Counted from the first letter of the stretch, positions 36,638-52,083 are shown. The stretch: 64,000 nt of DNA from Octopus sinensis (GCF_006345805.1 NC_043005.1:71486001-71550000), one strand, 5' to 3'. The notes: generated by a model from the letters alone, not told the origin. A program made the numbers and translations.

Positions 36638-37234
36638 TTGCTAAAATTTGATAAAAATCTTGTAAGATTGTACGGCTGATAGAATTCTTTAATAGAATCA
36701 CAAAATGGAATACCAGAGAGAAACATGTACTTAACTTTCTTAATATTTTTTTTTTTAAGGTGATATAATAGTAGAGTTTAAGGTTTGTTAAATGGCACAG
36801 GAAAGTTAATTTAGTTTATGATGACATAAGTCCTTAGTGATATGCAATGAAAAATTTTGAAGTCATGTAACTTACTGTATCAACTACAAGGAAGTTTAAC
36901 AACATTCGATACATCTAAGAATAGATAAAATTTAATTTTCTTTCGATGAATGCAACATGAACTTGTGAAGCATTGTCTTCTCTGTCAAAGGAGCAAACTG
37001 GTTTATGCATGTTTGCTCATAATATATATATATATATATATATATATTTAATTATATATATATATATATTTAATATATATATATATATATATATTTAATT
37101 ATATATATATTATAAGTGAATAAATAAATTTATTTAAGTGAAAAAATTGGTGGATTTTTTCTCTTATCAGGTTTTTCACGCTAACTACTTGATAAATTTT
37201 TCTAAAAATTTTATCCTATTTTTAAATTGTATCT

Positions 37235-37305
<71 letters not shown>

Positions 37306-37334
37306 ATATATATATGGAGGAGAGGGTGTATATA

Positions 37335-37580
37335 TATTATCATCATAATTTAGCATCTGCTTTTCATGCTGAAATGGGTTAGACAGTTTAACTGCAACTT
37401 GTAAGCCAGAGAGCTGTACCAAATTCCAGTCTGATTTGGCTTGGTTTCTACAGCTGGATGCCCTTCCTAATGCCAACCTCTCCAAGAGAGTAATGAGCGT
37501 TTTCAATGTGCCACTGGCGTGGGTGTTTTATATGCCAGTTACATGACACCAACATCAACCATGACTAAGATATCACTTGG
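37335..37580 (-). mobile_element. Family F tail
   Basis: tttctacagctggatgcccttcctaatgccaacc. Confidence 0.75.
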
Positions 37581-38269
37581 CTTAATGAGTCTTCTCAATG
37601 ATTCTCTCCACTTGTCATCAAAAACAGTACTTCACCGGGTATGTAATTATATATATGTGTGTGAGTGTGTGTGTGTGTATTATGTATTGTGTATATATAT
37701 ATCTACAAGCAAAACGCTCCCCCATGCCATGGAGGGTGCTGAGTTGTCAAACATTTAAACCAAGTTTTCTCAAAACAACTTGTCCGACCGTCCCATTGGC
37801 CTCCCCTTTGAGAAACACTGATTTAGCCTAAATTTGCAACACCAGCAAAAGAAGAAATAAAGATAGACTTTTTTTCTATTCCAAAGAAAAACGATTTTAT
37901 TCACTTTATCGATCATATTCTCACCTGGAATTGATTTTTGTAATTTTTTCAAGACTTATACACATCCTGGTACCATCGGTATCTACATATCAAATTTGAG
38001 CGCAATCGGATGGAGGATGCCTGAAATCCTAGAAGACACACACACAGATAGACAGACAGAACAGATTTTATATATAATATATATATATATTTATGTATAT
38101 ATATATGTATGTATGTCATTTTGTTTAACATCTGTTTTCCATGCTAGCATGGGTTGGAGGGATATATATATATAAATATACATATATATATATACATACA
38201 TATAACTGTATATATATATATATAAGTGCATATGTATGTATACACACACATGTGTGCATATATATAGCC

Positions 38270-38458
38270 AAAGCTCTCAGTCACTTGTCATTGCTTCCAT
38301 GAGGCCCAACGATTGAAGATCATGCTTCACCACCTCATCCCATATCTTCCTGGGTCTACCTCTTCCACAATCTCTCTTCAGAGTTTGAGATCTGCACTTC
38401 TTTATACAGCTGTCCACATCCATAAGCATCTCATGACCATACCAACACAGTCATCTCT
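38270..38458 (-). mobile_element. RTE LINE 3' coding fragment
   Basis: WYGH...CGRGRPRKIWDEVVKHDL. Confidence 0.8.
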
Positions 38459-38544
38459 TTTGAGTATTTCTTCACTTTATAGTTAAAATGCTTTTATCGT
38501 AATTTGATATAGAAACAGACATTAATTTTTTATGTATGTATGTA

Positions 38545-38754
38545 TACTCTTTTACTTGTTTCAGTCATTTGACTGTGGCTATGCTGGAGCAACGCTTTTA
38601 GTCGAGCAAATGGACCCCAGGACTTATTCTTTAGATGCCTAGTACTTATTCTATCGGTATCTTTTGCTGAACTGCTAAGTGATGGGGATGTAAACACACC
38701 AGCATCAGTTGTCAAGTGATGTTGGGGGGGACAAACACAGACACACAAACATGT

Positions 38755-38793
<39 letters not shown>

Positions 38794-38950
38794 CAACAGG
38801 CTTCTTTCAGTTTCCATCTACCAAATCACAAGGTTTTGGTTGGCCTGAGGCTATAGTAGAAGACACTTGCCCAAGTGCCACACAGTGGGACTGAACCCTG
38901 AACCATGTGGTTGGTAAGCAAACTACTTACCACACAACCACTCCTGTGCC
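38545..38950 (-). mobile_element. SINE family A
   Basis: Full-length reverse copy. Confidence 0.9.
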
Positions 38951-40444
38951 TATGAAGTATTTTTTTGAAGTATATGAAGTATTTTCTTAAGCTGTTATAG
39001 TGCAAAAGAATCTAAATCAATTAATATAAAATAAAGCTGAAGCAAAAGAAAACACCAAATATATAGTGCATGTGTTTTTATAGGCTAAATTGGCAACATG
39101 ACCACCACCAAATACAACAAATCTATGACAGTTATTCCTTATATAGCAAAGAAAAAGCATAGATATCAAACAATATGACTGTTGTACGGCAGACAACTGT
39201 AACCACAAATTTCATCAAAATTGACATGATAATTTTCAACTATCAGTATTAGAGGCTTTAATTGAAAAAACTGGAATGTATATATATTTTGCCTTATTTA
39301 AAGCATTGAGAAATTTGGAAACAATTTTTTCCACAGATATATTATGGTTCTACTTGTATTGTAACTGCTTCTTAAAAAAATGCATATTTTCAAACATGCC
39401 AATGCTTCTAGCAAACTGAACCAAGTTTCCTTTCTAACCTAAAGCTTCCAATTTTGATGGCTGATTGTGGTCAAGTTGCTTTGGAGAAATGATTATCACA
39501 GTATATAACAGTTTTATGTTGATTCCTTGAGCTGATTCTGTCCACTTTTCTTGTCATCAAAAACAGTACTTCACCTGGTATGTAATTATATATATACATA
39601 TATATGTGTGTGTGAGTGTATGTATTATATAAATACATATATATATATGTGTATAGATGTATATATACATATGTATACACACACATGTGTGCATACATGT
39701 ATAAATATAGCTACTATTAAGAGCTTTGTTACATATCTCTAAAGTGATTTTTCTACATTTCTTCTGTGTGTATGCTTGTATATATATGTGTATAAATACA
39801 TACGGCATACAGATATATACATTAACCCTATATATATATATATATACACCTCACACACAACCATAAATATATAAAACTTTCATTTACATATATATTTATA
39901 CACACACACACCACACTAATACACTCACACACTCGCAGACAAACACACAACCAACATTGGGAGAGAATGGAAATCATTTCTAATGAGACCAGATTGTTAT
40001 TTTTGAATCACAAAACATTGGTATGTTGCTTGTTTCTTAGATTCTTAGAGAGCATAAGAGATTGTAATGTTTGTGTCTTGGGGCTTCTTGCTATATTTTC
40101 TATTTGCATTTTATTTCCAAATTCCATATAGAATAATATGTTAGCGATTTTCGAACACTAGTTTAAAGTTGAAAGAAATAACAAGATAGAGATAGAGTTA
40201 GGGAGAAAGAAAAAAGAAAATCTTGAGATATACAATCTACATAAATTTCTGTATTTATATTTTCTAACTGAAACACCTCCCTCTGGGTGAGTTTTTCTCA
40301 GTTTATGTAATATATATATATATATGCACACACACACACACATATATGTGTGTCTGTATGTGACTAAATATATTTTGTTATTTTTCATATATATATATAT
40401 AGAGAGAGAGAGACAGACAGACAGACAGAGATTTGTATATACAC

Positions 40445-40476
<32 letters not shown>

Positions 40477-40516
40477 ACTTATATATATGTGCGTGTGTGT
40501 GTATATAGATATATAG

Positions 40517-40547
<31 letters not shown>

Positions 40548-40612
40548 GTATGTATGTATATATATATACACACACACACATATATAAGTATATGTATATA
40601 TATATATATTTT

Positions 40613-40671
<59 letters not shown>

Positions 40672-42214
40672 GTTGTGTGTATATATATTATGTATATATA
40701 CTATATTATATATATATATATAAATACACACACACAGAGTGAGTGGACTAATGAAAGAAAGGCACTCAACAAATTTATTGAGTTACATGTATGGATTCAA
40801 ATTTGTTGGTACACTTGAGTTTCAAGCAGGATGCTAGTCTTCAGCCATTTTGAATTTGATTTCCTGTCCACCATGCAATCAATGTTCTGTTCCACATGCA
40901 GTATTTTCCAACAAACTATTACTGACACCAACGTCAAACCATGACATCACGTGACCTTCATCAACCAACCACAGCCCACCTTATGGCAATATAGATTTAA
41001 TTAATTCTGGTCATCAACCTACTACATTTCATTATGCAGGCAATAGTTTCCTTACATTAATTATGAAAAGTTTCAATAAAATGTGAAGTAAAGTTCCTGA
41101 TGAGTATGTGGAGTGGAAACTAGTTGTATTGAGCCTCAATTTAGTTGTTAAAAAAACCTGTGGTTTGTACATTGGTTTTATTTTCACAGCAACACTAAAT
41201 AAATATGTAACATATCATATATGACTGTGATATATTGTTGTGGAAGTATTCCAACCACCCAACAAGTGGCTAAAGGTTGACTGACTTATTGTTATAAATT
41301 AAAGAACTGTGAGCAATTGGCAGTTCAGGTTGTCAAGCAGTTCACTGTGAGCCTTTGATATGGAGCATTGAGTCTCATGTAAATATTTTCTTTTCCCACT
41401 GCTTCATTATATTATATGTCCAATACAAGGATATAAAAAATATACAGACACAGATGTACACAATGCTCACATGTCCATACATGTATACATGCTTATATAT
41501 GCATCACATTTAACTAAGAACATTTATGGAAGAGCTGCAGTAAAATATACAGACCACAAGCTGAGTTTAAAAAATAATCTTTGCTTAGCAACCCATTAAC
41601 AAGCTATGAACTTATTCACTATTCTGTGTATGTATGTACCTGTGTCTATAAAGGCGAGTGTTTGTATGTCCATATAAGTATAGATACACACACATGCTCA
41701 CATGCATGCATGCATGCAGGTACACACATACACACGTACACACATACACACACTTATAAATGCCAGTATCTTTTGACCCGTATTCATTCCATTGATTGTT
41801 GGTGAGAAATCACCTTGCTTGCTAATTGTCTTCTTGTACAATGCAGCTTCCAAAAGCATAATTCAGACATTGTTTCAAAGTTGCATTGGTGCCAGCTGGA
41901 CATTCTCAAGAATTCTGTTCCATAACTCAGACATCACTTTGCCACCATCTCATTAATTCCTTCAAAAGAGAAATCCTGTTTCTAATGTAGCATTTTTGTG
42001 TATATTCAGTTTCTCCTTCTCCTTTCTGTATGTGAATATCTATGCATGCATGTATGTATGCATGTACGTATGTATGAGTGTGTATGTGGGTGGGTGGGTA
42101 TGTATGCATGTATGTATGTCTATGTGCATATGTATGTATGTATGTGTGCGTATATATGTATGTATGTAAGTATGCGTGTGTGTGTGCACATATGTATGTA
42201 TGTAGGTAGGTAGG

Positions 42215-42590
42215 TAGCCACAGGCATAGCTGTGTGGCTAAAACAACCATGAGTTTTCTAGTTCAATCCCCCTAAATGGAACCTTGAATAGAATACTTTC
42301 TACAATAGTCACAGATCAACCAATGCCTTCATTGAATTTGCTGAACGGAAAATGTGTCGAAGCCCATATGCGAATGTGTGTTTGTGTGTTTGTGTTTATT
42401 CCCCACTACTTGATAACCAGAGTTGACTGGTTTACATTCCTACAACTTAAAGGTTTGACAAAGGAGACTAACAGAATAAGGACCAGACTTTAAAATAAGC
42501 ACAGGGGTTGATTTGTTTCACAAAAACCTTCAAGGTGGCACCGCAGCATGGCAGCAGGCCAATGACTGAAAAAAGAAAGAGATAAAAAGC
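42215..42590 (+). mobile_element. Diverged SINE family A
   Basis: ggcatagctgtgtggc head, gaagcccata core, gaataaggacc and cagcatggc..aatgactgaa tail. Confidence 0.6.
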
Positions 42591-43113
42591 TATATAATAT
42601 ACACATACACACACACACTTATTAGATTAGCACTTCAGCTGCATTAAAGGTGAGCTGTTACACTGTGCCGGTGCCACTCTAATGTCTAAAACTGAAAATA
42701 TGTAAAGTTCCACTTTGAATACTGCATAAACTGGCATTGCAAGCAGAGTTGATACAGAAACAATTGTAACAAATCATTAAAAATGTATTAAGGGATTTCT
42801 TTGTCTTATTATTTGGGTTATTATTTCCTCTTTGTTACACCCACACAATGGTTTTACTGTTGTGAATCCAAGATTTTCTACACTTAAAGAGTTTTGGTAT
42901 TAGTCTTGTATCTAACAGTGTCGATAGCTCAGCACTCAGATTGAGTGCTTTTCTAGAAATACCCTATCTTTATACTCTTCCAGGACTTAAGTTTTCATAT
43001 ATATATATACGCATATATATATATATGTATATATATGGTGCCCCAGCATGGCCGTGGCCTTCGGTCTAAAACATTTTTAAGGATTTAAGGATGTGTGTGT
43101 ATATATGTGGGTA

Positions 43114-43213
<100 letters not shown>

Positions 43214-43214
43214 A

Positions 43215-43355
43215 TGTTGGCATTAGGAAGGCATTCTGCTGTAGAAACTTTGCCAGATCTGATTGGAGCCCAGTACAGCCTTCTGGCTTGCCAGTCCTCA
43301 GTCAAACCGTCCAACCTTTGATAGCATGGAAAGTGGATGTTAAACAACGATGATG
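43215..43355 (+). mobile_element. Family F tail
   Basis: gttggcattaggaaggcatt...gtcaaaccgtccaacc...gatgatgat. Confidence 0.8.
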
Positions 43356-43378
43356 ATCATGATCTATATATCTATCTA

Positions 43379-43414
<36 letters not shown>

Positions 43415-43439
43415 GATAGAGAGAGAGAGAGAGAGGGAT

Positions 43440-43518
<79 letters not shown>

Positions 43519-43989
43519 CAGATAGATAGATGTTACATTTTCAGTAGAGTTTGCACATTTCATTGCTGTTGAAGCAAGGAGCATCTTCTGCTTGCAGAAT
43601 GTAATATTAAATGCATGACATTTATATATGCATTTAACACTTTTCCTTATGTCTGTAAATTCCAACTTATCCAAATTCAACCTGCTTATTTGTCTCTCTA
43701 ATATTTGGTTAGTGTGAAAATATGTTGATAGCCAAAAAACTTTGTGCCACGATTCTGCTATTCGTAATTTTTGGTTTTTGCTCAAGATAGCTGAGGGGAA
43801 TATATTATTCCATCAGCTATGTTGGATAAAATACAGAATTCATCAACTAAAGATCATTGCACAAATTTTTCTGTGAAATCATGAAACACAAACTATCAAC
43901 ATTTTTTAACTAACAAAACATAAATACAGAAATAAAGAAATTAATAAAAAAAAATACCTTCCTTCATTTATTACAAATAATATATATAT

Positions 43990-44030
<41 letters not shown>

Positions 44031-44119
44031 CAACAGCTCCATTTAATTGAACAATGTAATCATTACATCAATTTAAATGCAGTACCATCTTCAGCTGCTC
44101 AAATACATATACATATATA

Positions 44120-44735
44120 ATCTTTTACTTGTTTTAGTCATTTGGCTGTGGCCATGCTGGAGCACCGCCTTTAGCTGAGCAAATCGACCCCAGGACTTAT
44201 TCTTTGTAAGCCTAGTACTTATTCTATCGGTATCTTTTGCTGAACCGCTAAGTTAAAGGGACATAAACACACCAGCATCGGTTGTCAAGCAATGTTGGTG
44301 GGGACAAAGACAGACACACAAACACACACGACTTCTTTTCAGTTTCCATCTACCAAACCCACTCACAAGGCTTTGGTCAGCCCGAGGCTATAGTAGAAGA
44401 CACTTGCCCAATGTGCCATGCAGTGGGACTGAACCCGGAACCATGTGGTGTTAAGCGAACTACTTACCACACAGCCACTCCTACGTCTACATGTGAGATG
44501 TAATATGCTGGAATTCCTCTTTATTCTTTTCTACTCTAGGCACAAGGCCCAACATTTTGGGGGGTGGGCCAGTCAATTAAATCAACCCCACTACACAGCT
44601 GGTACTTAATTTATCGACCCTGAAAGGATAAAAGACAAAGTCAACCTCAGCAGAATTTGAACTCAGAACATAATGGCAGACGAAATACCACTAAGCATTT
44701 CACCCGGCATGCTAACGTTTCAGCCAGCTATCTAC
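44120..44735 (-). mobile_element. SINE family A (44120-44485) and family B (44520-44735)
   Basis: Standard motifs of each family. Confidence 0.88.
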
Positions 44736-44759
44736 CTTGGAATTTCTTTTTATTGTAAA

Positions 44760-45510
44760 CACTAAATGAACCAACAGAATGTTGTGCTTGTCTGGTCAAA
44801 GTTACAGTTAAAATCATCAAGTTTGCAAATTTTCTGTTTACACTCAAATTTATTTATTATATTGGTCTCTTGTTCTGAAGTTTGCCTACTTTTCTGGTGT
44901 TTTGATTTTATTGTATTTTTTTGATATATTGTTAGTGTCAGTTTGTGGCTTGGTGTGATGTATTTTGTTTCATTTTATGAAGCTTTCAGTCCTCTGTTTG
45001 TCTCTTCTATAACTATTTTGCATTTGATTTGTGCAATACACTTTGCGTGTAATGCATCTATTTTTGATAAGGTTACTCTCTATTGTACTCTTTGCATTGC
45101 ATTTCTGTCTATAGTAACTTGATCTACAAGACTTCTTGAATGTTTGTTGTTAATCTATGTTTGGTTTGTTCTGTAGTTTTCTTTATCTGGTGTATCATTG
45201 ATGGGAGAGAATCCAAACAGTCCTTTAAGTAGTGAATTTGCTATTGATATTTTTCTAGGTATGTGGGCATTCACTGTCTCTGTCTCAGTATAAGCATATT
45301 CTTTTGTGTGGGGTTATGTGCCTTTGGTGTATACTGACAATGAATTTATTGATTTTTAATTTGAGCATATGTTGGGCTAGGTGCTGAATTTTAGTACTGA
45401 GTTGTTCTCTAGGTCTTCCTTTAATGTCAAAATTCCCTCTGATATGTCCATTACAACTGGCATATCATTTACATCTAGTGACCAAGATATTTGTGTTTAT
45501 GTATCATTTT
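44760..45510 (-). mobile_element. Decayed Penelope-like RT C-terminal region
   Basis: LENNSVLKFS, RDSECPH..K.SIANSLL and YCTNQMQNSYRRD resemble PLE NSVL.F / SECP.RYK / YY.NQM..YK.DE motifs. Confidence 0.65.
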
Positions 45511-46804
45511 CTTTGTTTCCATTACTATTTTTTTTTTTCAATCTTATATTGATTTTCATGACTTATTTTGTGCTTTTTTGATTTTGATTTTATTTTAAAA
45601 AATTTAACTGTTCCTTTTATATGACACATATATAATACAAAATCACATTAAAAATACAAATCCAAAACCAGGAGAAAATATTGGAAAAAGAGGAACAAAG
45701 AAAGAAAAAAGCTATGTCTTGAACACTATCTTGAATGTTCTTGAAATTTGAGCCCTTTTTTCCTTAGTTAAGCTGTTTAGCACCTAAACCATTGTAGAGT
45801 AGTTGACAGTCAAAGGACTCACATACCACATCTCATGCAATAAGTCAACCAGAAAAGAAAACAGTTGGCAAAACATATCTCAGCTCTCACCAAACTGACC
45901 TCAACTGTTTTCGTGTTCTCTCATCTTCAAAATAACTAATGGCCAAGCAAATAAGCTGATCCCTACATTGTTGTCTCATTACAAGTAAGGATTTTATAGT
46001 TTATGTATACATGCTTAGTCTCTCCTCAATAAAATCTTATTAAATGTTCATGGGTTTGCTTATTGTAATAATATATACAACCAGCTTTATTTTGCACCAT
46101 GTTTAATACAGCATCAACAACAATTTTGACAGTGAAATAGCGCCTCATAACCAACTGCAATATTGGTGACCACCAAATTTAACACAGTATTATATTTGGA
46201 TAATCATAGTGGTGCTTTTATGTAGCTAATGGAATGGTGTACACTAAACTTTAACAGTTCCCTTTTTGTGAATGGTGAACCTTGGAGGCATTTTTTTCAT
46301 GCACATGCACTCATGCACGTGTGTGTGTGTGTGTATGTATAGATAGTTATACATGCTTGCATAAGCAAAAACTTGGAATGTGGAAAGTAAAAGAATATTT
46401 AATATTTCTGCAGAGTTACAGCTGTTTCATAATTTACTCCTAGTTACATCATAAACTTCATTACATTGGAACTTATTACATTAAATACACATCAGACACA
46501 CACACATTATATACATGTAGACATGCATATATATGCACACACCACACAACCTTATACAGTATAATTGTATAGACATCCAACAATGCACAAAACAGAGAAG
46601 GCTAATCTTCTTGCCATATTCCATATACACTACATGTGTGTACTGTGTATTGTATATGTACCAACTCCTCAAAGTGAATGATGTAACAGGGAGTAAACTA
46701 TGAAACAGCTGAAACTGTTCAGAAATGATAAATTTTTCTCTTGCCCATCACATCTCCTTTTCTTTGCTCCTTATATATATACTACAATGGAAATATTACT
46801 TCGT

Positions 46805-47031
46805 GTATCCTGAATTTTCAGTTGCATAATTGTGTTCAATTACATCATAAGTTAATTAATGGGTGACCTGACAGCCACTTTCTCAGCAAGAGTGCTTACA
46901 GTGAGTTTTACTTAATTATCCAAATTGAATTATCTACTTCATATATATTGGTAAGGCTTAGCTGTCAGGTCACACATTAATTAATTTGTGATGTAACTGA
47001 ACACAACTATGCAACTGAAAATCCAGGATAC
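46805..47031. repeat. 71-bp inverted repeat with 85-bp spacer
   Basis: 46805-46875 pairs with 46961-47031, about 90% by eye. Confidence 0.9.
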
Positions 47032-47459
47032 TCACAGTAATGTTTCCATTATAGCATATATAAGAAGCAAAGTAAAGGAGAGTGTTGTATCCTCTGTCTC
47101 CAATGTCATGATATTGTGACAGATGGTTTAGATGCACTGTACCAGTGTAGTAACAGTAAACAAGATAACGATGCAGCCATAATAACAACTTAATGATCCA
47201 ACAATCTCTTCATGAACCAACAATCAATATTCCAAATGAATTAACCAATTGACACCTTTCGACTTCACTGTGAACTCATCTCAAACTAACACACAAATTT
47301 CACTCCCTCTGCTACTGTTTATAATCGCTTGGTCCAGTCTATTTCTTGCAAGAGGGCGTCATGTCTCTCCTCCAAACAGAGATGTAAGAGGCAAGAGAAA
47401 ACTTTGTTATTTCTGAATGTTTACAGTTGTTTCACAGTTTAATTGTAGTTACATCATTC

Positions 47460-49075
47460 ACTTTGAGGAGGCTTTCAGTGACATTCTTGTATCCATTTGG
47501 GAGGAAGATAGTATGCAAGCATACTTCTGAGATGCCACCATAATTACACTCCACAAGAAAAAAGGAGTCAAATCGGACTGCAGAAATTACAGGGGTATTT
47601 TCCTGCTTTCCATTGCTGGAAAAATCCTGGCCTGCATCCTCTTTAACAGGCTCATCACCAGCGTCTCTGAGAGCAACTTACCTGAAGTCCAGTGTGGCTT
47701 CTGCGTCATAGATATGGTGTTTGCTTTGTGTCAAGTCAAGGAGAAATGTATTGAACAATGGATGGATTTGTACTCTGTGTTCATAGATGTGACCAAAGTT
47801 TTGGCACCGTTAACAGAGAAGCTTTGTGGCCCATCCTAACGAAACTGGGCTGCCCACACAAGTTCACCACATTGATAAGACTCTTTTGATGACAATATGA
47901 CCAGTCAAATTCTATATGATGGCATGAAACAGAGCTGCGTACTCACCCCCATCTTATTCAACTTGTTCTTCATACAGGTTCTACCTTTCACAGTGAAAGA
48001 CCTAGATCTGGGCACACCCATCAAACATTGCTCAGACAACTCTGTTTTGGCCTACACCGACTCTCTGCTCAAATCAAGACATTGGAAAAGCTTATCTCTG
48101 AAGGTATATTTGCAAATGACTGTGCCCTTATGGCACATAAGAAAAATCACCTGCAAAAGTATCAGCATTCTTTGGACTGACCATCAGCCTTGAGAAAATG
48201 GAGATCCTAGTTCAAGCAGCCATGAACACAATTCACTCCCAGCCAAACATCACCATTGAGGGAGTCCATCTTAAGTGTTTGAAGATTTCAAGTACCTTGG
48301 CAGCACAATCTCAGCCAATGGATCATTGGACGGCGAAATTCTATCCAGAACCCACAAGGCCAACCAAGCACTTGGAAGACTGATAGTGAAAGTCCTCCAG
48401 CAGAAAGGCATCAGACTATCAACAAAGTTCAAGATTTACAAGGCTGTAGTCGTTTCTACACTATTCTATGAATGTGAAACATAAACCCCATACTGTCGGC
48501 ATATCAAACAGCTGGGACAGTTACACACAAGGGCACTGTGCAGGATTCATGGGCATTTTCTGGCAGGACAGTGTGAAAAGCCAAGAAGAGCTGGACAGAG
48601 GTTGTTCAACAAGCATTGAGTCAATGTTGCTGAAGGCTCAGTTACACTACTGGCTATGTCATCAGAATGACTAACCACCATGTACTCAGACAGCTGTTAT
48701 ATGGTGAGCTCATGCAGGAATCACGCAAATGGGGAAGACCTATACTGGCATACAAGGACACACTGAAAAGTGACCTCAAAGGGGGTGACATTAGCCCACA
48801 TGAACTTGAAGCCTCTACCACAGAGAGATCAGTGTGGAGGTCTTTCACTTCATGAACAGCAGCTGCTATCGTAGAAGACCAGTGACATCTCGATACTGCA
48901 AGAGAAAGATATCACAGGGCAGCATCTGCCTCAGTCCTGTAAACAAACTATCACTGTGAGCATCTGTGAGCATCTGTGAGCATCTGTGTGCTTCCAGCTT
49001 TCGACTGAAGAATTACAAGCACTCTCGTCACTGAGAACACAGACTTTGTTGTCATCAGAAACTGATGGACTACCA
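47460..49075 (+). mobile_element. RTE (BovB-like) LINE, decayed RT and 3' end
   Basis: DATIITLHKKKGVKSDCRNYRGIFLLSIAGKILA, FKYLGSTIS, KFKIYKAVVVSTLFYECET, RQLLYGEL..GRP..YKDTLK. Confidence 0.92.
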
Positions 49076-49431
49076 ATCTTATAAATGTAAGTGTTTTGAC
49101 TGGACAGTTGGATACAATGCTGGCTGCAATGTGTTTCCTCATATTGCTGCTGGCTATGCTAGTGGGGCAACACTTGCCCTGGGTGGAACAGAATGCCAAA
49201 CCATCACAGACTTAACCATTTGTTGCTGAGTGGACTGGAAGAATGGTGTGTTTTGCTTCGGAACACAATAAGGTACCAGGCTGGGAATCAAAACCACACT
49301 CAATTAACTGAGAGTACAACACGAATATGGCATGCATATGTATATATGTATGTATGTATATGTGTGTGTATGTATATATATATATATATATATACATATG
49401 TGTGTATATCTATCTCTTTCTCTCTCTCAAT

Positions 49432-49477
<46 letters not shown>

Positions 49478-49509
49478 GTGTGTATATCTATCTCTTTCTC
49501 TCTCTCAAT

Positions 49510-49549
<40 letters not shown>

Positions 49550-49982
49550 CAATAACTCATGAGGAATAAGCAACACCCTGTCCTGTGTGTAAATTTTCTA
49601 TTTGTTCCTTTGTTTTCATTATGTTCAAATGTTGGAACTTAATATACATTTATATATATTGTTTATTTGATTTCATTATGGCCTGCATCTACCAACATTA
49701 TGAATGATCACTGAGCCTCCAGAAACAGCTGTTGGACTTATAACACCTTACCTCTTCCCCTTTAATTTTCTCTGTCATTTGCACTCTGTGTAAGTTTGAT
49801 CTATTAGTATAAATATCTATATATATATCTATCTATATATTTATACTTAAATATTAATTCTCACAAAGTTTTCAGTCTCTACTTCCTCTCTATTTGCATG
49901 TATACATATATACATTTTTTTTATATCAAAGACATGGTGTTATATTTAATTTGTTTGTTCACAAAATTCTCTCTTTCTGTCT

Positions 49983-50369
49983 CTGACTTACATAGAATAG
50001 AAATGATATCAGGAATTACATGGGTTCAATAAGAGTTTTACGAGTCTAACAGCTGTTTCTGGGGGCTTGGTGATCCACAATAATGACTGCAAAATGATTC
50101 CATCATTAGGTAATACCAGCCTCCATCTTCAGGGAAGAATTTTACATTTGAGATGTTGTCAAAGGAGATTAAAGGTTTTAATCTACTTTCTGTCAATACC
50201 TCAAATGTAAAATTCTTCCCTGAAGACAGAGGCTGGTATCATCCAATGATAGAATCATTTTGCAATCATTATTGTACATCACCAAGCACCCAGGTACAGC
50301 TGTTGGACTCATAAACCTCTTACTCAACCCCTTTAATTCCTGATATCATTTCTATTCTGTGTAAGTCAG
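49983..50369. mobile_element. 387-bp head-to-head fold-back of a hammerhead-bearing Penelope-like repeat
   Basis: Arms 49983-50173 and 50177-50369; third truncated copy at about 49695-49802. Confidence 0.85.
50043..50136 (-). ncRNA. Type I hammerhead candidate with long stem II
   Basis: CTGAAGA-tggaggctggt...accaagccccca-GAAA-CAGCTG-T-T; palindromic helix III; stem I weak. Confidence 0.55.
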
Positions 50370-50469
50370 ATCTTCTGATATGTAAACATATGTACAATTT
50401 TTTGTATTAAATATATTTGATATTTTTTGTATATCAACTGGCCTAACTTGCTTATCCTTACATATATAT

Positions 50470-50518
<49 letters not shown>

Positions 50519-50526
50519 TATATATA

Positions 50527-51455
<929 letters not shown>

Positions 51456-51547
51456 GTATATATACACAGCAATTGAGTATTACCTGCAGAAATATAACTG
51501 GATCCCATTCTACAGGTAAACCGTTGCGTAATCAAATTCCTGTGTAT

Positions 51548-51782
51548 ATTATTTCTTTATTGCCCACAAGGGGCTAAACACAGAGGGGACAAACAAGGAC
51601 AGACAAAGGGATTAAGCTGATTACATAGACCCCAGTGTGTAACTGGTACTTAATTTATCGACCTCGAAAGGATAAAGGGCAAAGTCAACCTTGGCGGAAT
51701 TTGAAGTCAGAACGTAACTGCAGACGAAATACCACTAAGCATTTCACCCAGTGTGCTAACGTTTCTGCCAGCTCACCGCCTT
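51548..51782 (-). mobile_element. SINE family B
   Basis: Full length; attcctgt on both flanks. Confidence 0.9.
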
Positions 51783-52037
51783 ATTCCTGTATATATATGT
51801 GAAGAATTATATTGTATGGAAGCATATGTAATGATTAGAAAATAACTGTCTAACCTTATTCCCTCTTGTTCACTCTATCGTATTCAAATTTATTTTCACA
51901 ACCTTATGAATGCCTAAACCTAGACTTGGAAGTATAACGTAATACTACTGGCTATTCAATAATTCTAAGGGTGAACAAGCTCTGTTTTGTACTCTACTAC
52001 ATTCCTAATGGAATACACCTTGAGTATATATATATAG

Positions 52038-52083
<46 letters not shown>

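Noticed and set aside
39017-39208. VVFGGGHVA Rossmann-like motif in a short minus-strand ORF
   Set aside because: Isolated short motif with a weak donor; chance occurrence is likely
44030-44105. Minus-strand CTGAAGA followed by a hairpin, near the Penelope remnant
   Set aside because: The GAAA half is absent and the sequence runs into (TA)n; at best a dead remnant
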